NCBI RefSeq assembly: GCF_963921235.1
Contig: NC_086108.1
Coordinates: forward strand, 24,800,001-24,864,000
Direction: 5' to 3'
DNA: 64,000 nt
DNA from: Mobula hypostoma
Lineage: Eukaryota
Shown here: in pieces, positions 62,971 to 64,000 of the stretch
Numbering within the stretch: the first letter of the stretch is position 1
Layout: every line of letters begins with the position of its first letter
Notes under the pieces: model-generated
The model's database searches: none
Told to the model about the DNA's origin: nothing
The model's input: only the letters and a program-made list of their open reading frames with translations
Made by a program: the position numbers and the translations under genes

Positions 62971-64000
62971 CCTATGTACTCCATACTGACAAAAACGCCT
63001 TTCCAGACTAATCCCACTTGCCAGTATTTGGCCCATAACTTTCTCAATCTTTCCTATTAATGTATCTGAACAATTGTCTTTTAAGTCACAGCAGAAAATA
63101 ACACAAAGTTTTAAGAATAAAAGCACATTAACAAGTTAGAAGTATGATTGGAGAAATGATTATAATTGAATAGTGGCAAATCAAAAAAAGCCTTATAAGT
63201 GGCATCCCAACTTTGAATTCAAAGAGAATTAAATATGCAGTATTCAACCCTGAGATTTGCCTCCCCACAGACACACCATGGAACTCATTCAAAGAAAAAC
63301 AGCAAACACCCAATGCATAAAAAAATTGCACAAATGGATAAAAAAAAACAAGTGAAAACACAGAATACAAGACATCAAACTGTAAAGTCATTGATACAGT
63401 CTAGGAATCTTCAGTTCAGTTCAGAGGTGATCATGGAATAAGCAGATGCACTAATTAACATTCTCCAAAATTCTATGCTTTCTGGAATGTTCTTCATATT
63501 TAATAAGGGAACAAAAATAACCATACAAGTTAAGCAATGAGGCAGCAAGAGAACAGAGCTACAGATCAATTGGCCTGATCTTGTTAAAGAGAATCAATTG
63601 TTAAAGAAATGAGAACAGAAGATAATGGACATTCAGGATGGACACACGGTCATGTTGGCCCAAACAAGGACCTTTTGAGTCTGTGATAAACGAGAAAGTG
63701 GGAATAAGTGGATGTGATGTCAGAACATCCTTCAAGAGTGAACCCTCACCTGGTTTCAGGCCCCAACAGTGTTCCTGACCATATGCCAAGCAACTAGCTA
63801 CAATCTCTCTTCAATTACTGCACTCTGACACTCTCACTTACTCCCATAGGTGGCCTTAGCTATGTTTCACCCGTTTCAACTGAAACGGGCCCCACCCTCC
63901 CAAGGGCCCCCGACTGACATGCAAAAATTTAATGCACGGCTCCCAGACGCCACAATATTCTGCTGCTATTGCCAGCCGAACCACCAGTGGGCACTCGCTG

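Noticed and set aside
63980..63993. CCACCAGTGGGCAC, a CTCF-like motif in a GC-richer patch at the window end
   Set aside because: Mismatch at a core position and no independent evidence; context is cut off by the window edge.

Overview
This 64 kb window is transposon-saturated vertebrate non-coding DNA (intron or intergenic). The repeat mix (CR1 with an esterase-type ORF1, Rex1/Babar, Penelope-like GIY-YIG elements, V-/CORE-/Deu-type SINEs) suggests a cartilaginous fish, probably a ray; this is inference, not a database result. I found no host gene I can support, and every ORF I could recognise is a broken retroelement protein. The window holds about ten CR1 LINE copies or fragments, several Rex1/Babar copies, three Penelope-like bodies plus mini-insertions, a Hero-type restriction-like-endonuclease retrotransposon, a truncated Gypsy LTR element, an RTE relic, tRNA-derived SINEs, two DNA-transposon derivatives and degenerate minisatellites. 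I see no convincing new multi-gene system. The best observations are mechanistic fossils: a Penelope insertion with a codon-precise inverted and duplicated 5' junction, minimal hammerhead ribozyme motifs in Penelope terminal repeats, multi-level nested insertions, a 553-bp element whose terminal repeats are themselves hairpins, and a perfect 26-bp palindrome carrying a 5' splice consensus on both strands. Boundaries of decayed repeats are approximate, and family names come from motif recognition by eye.
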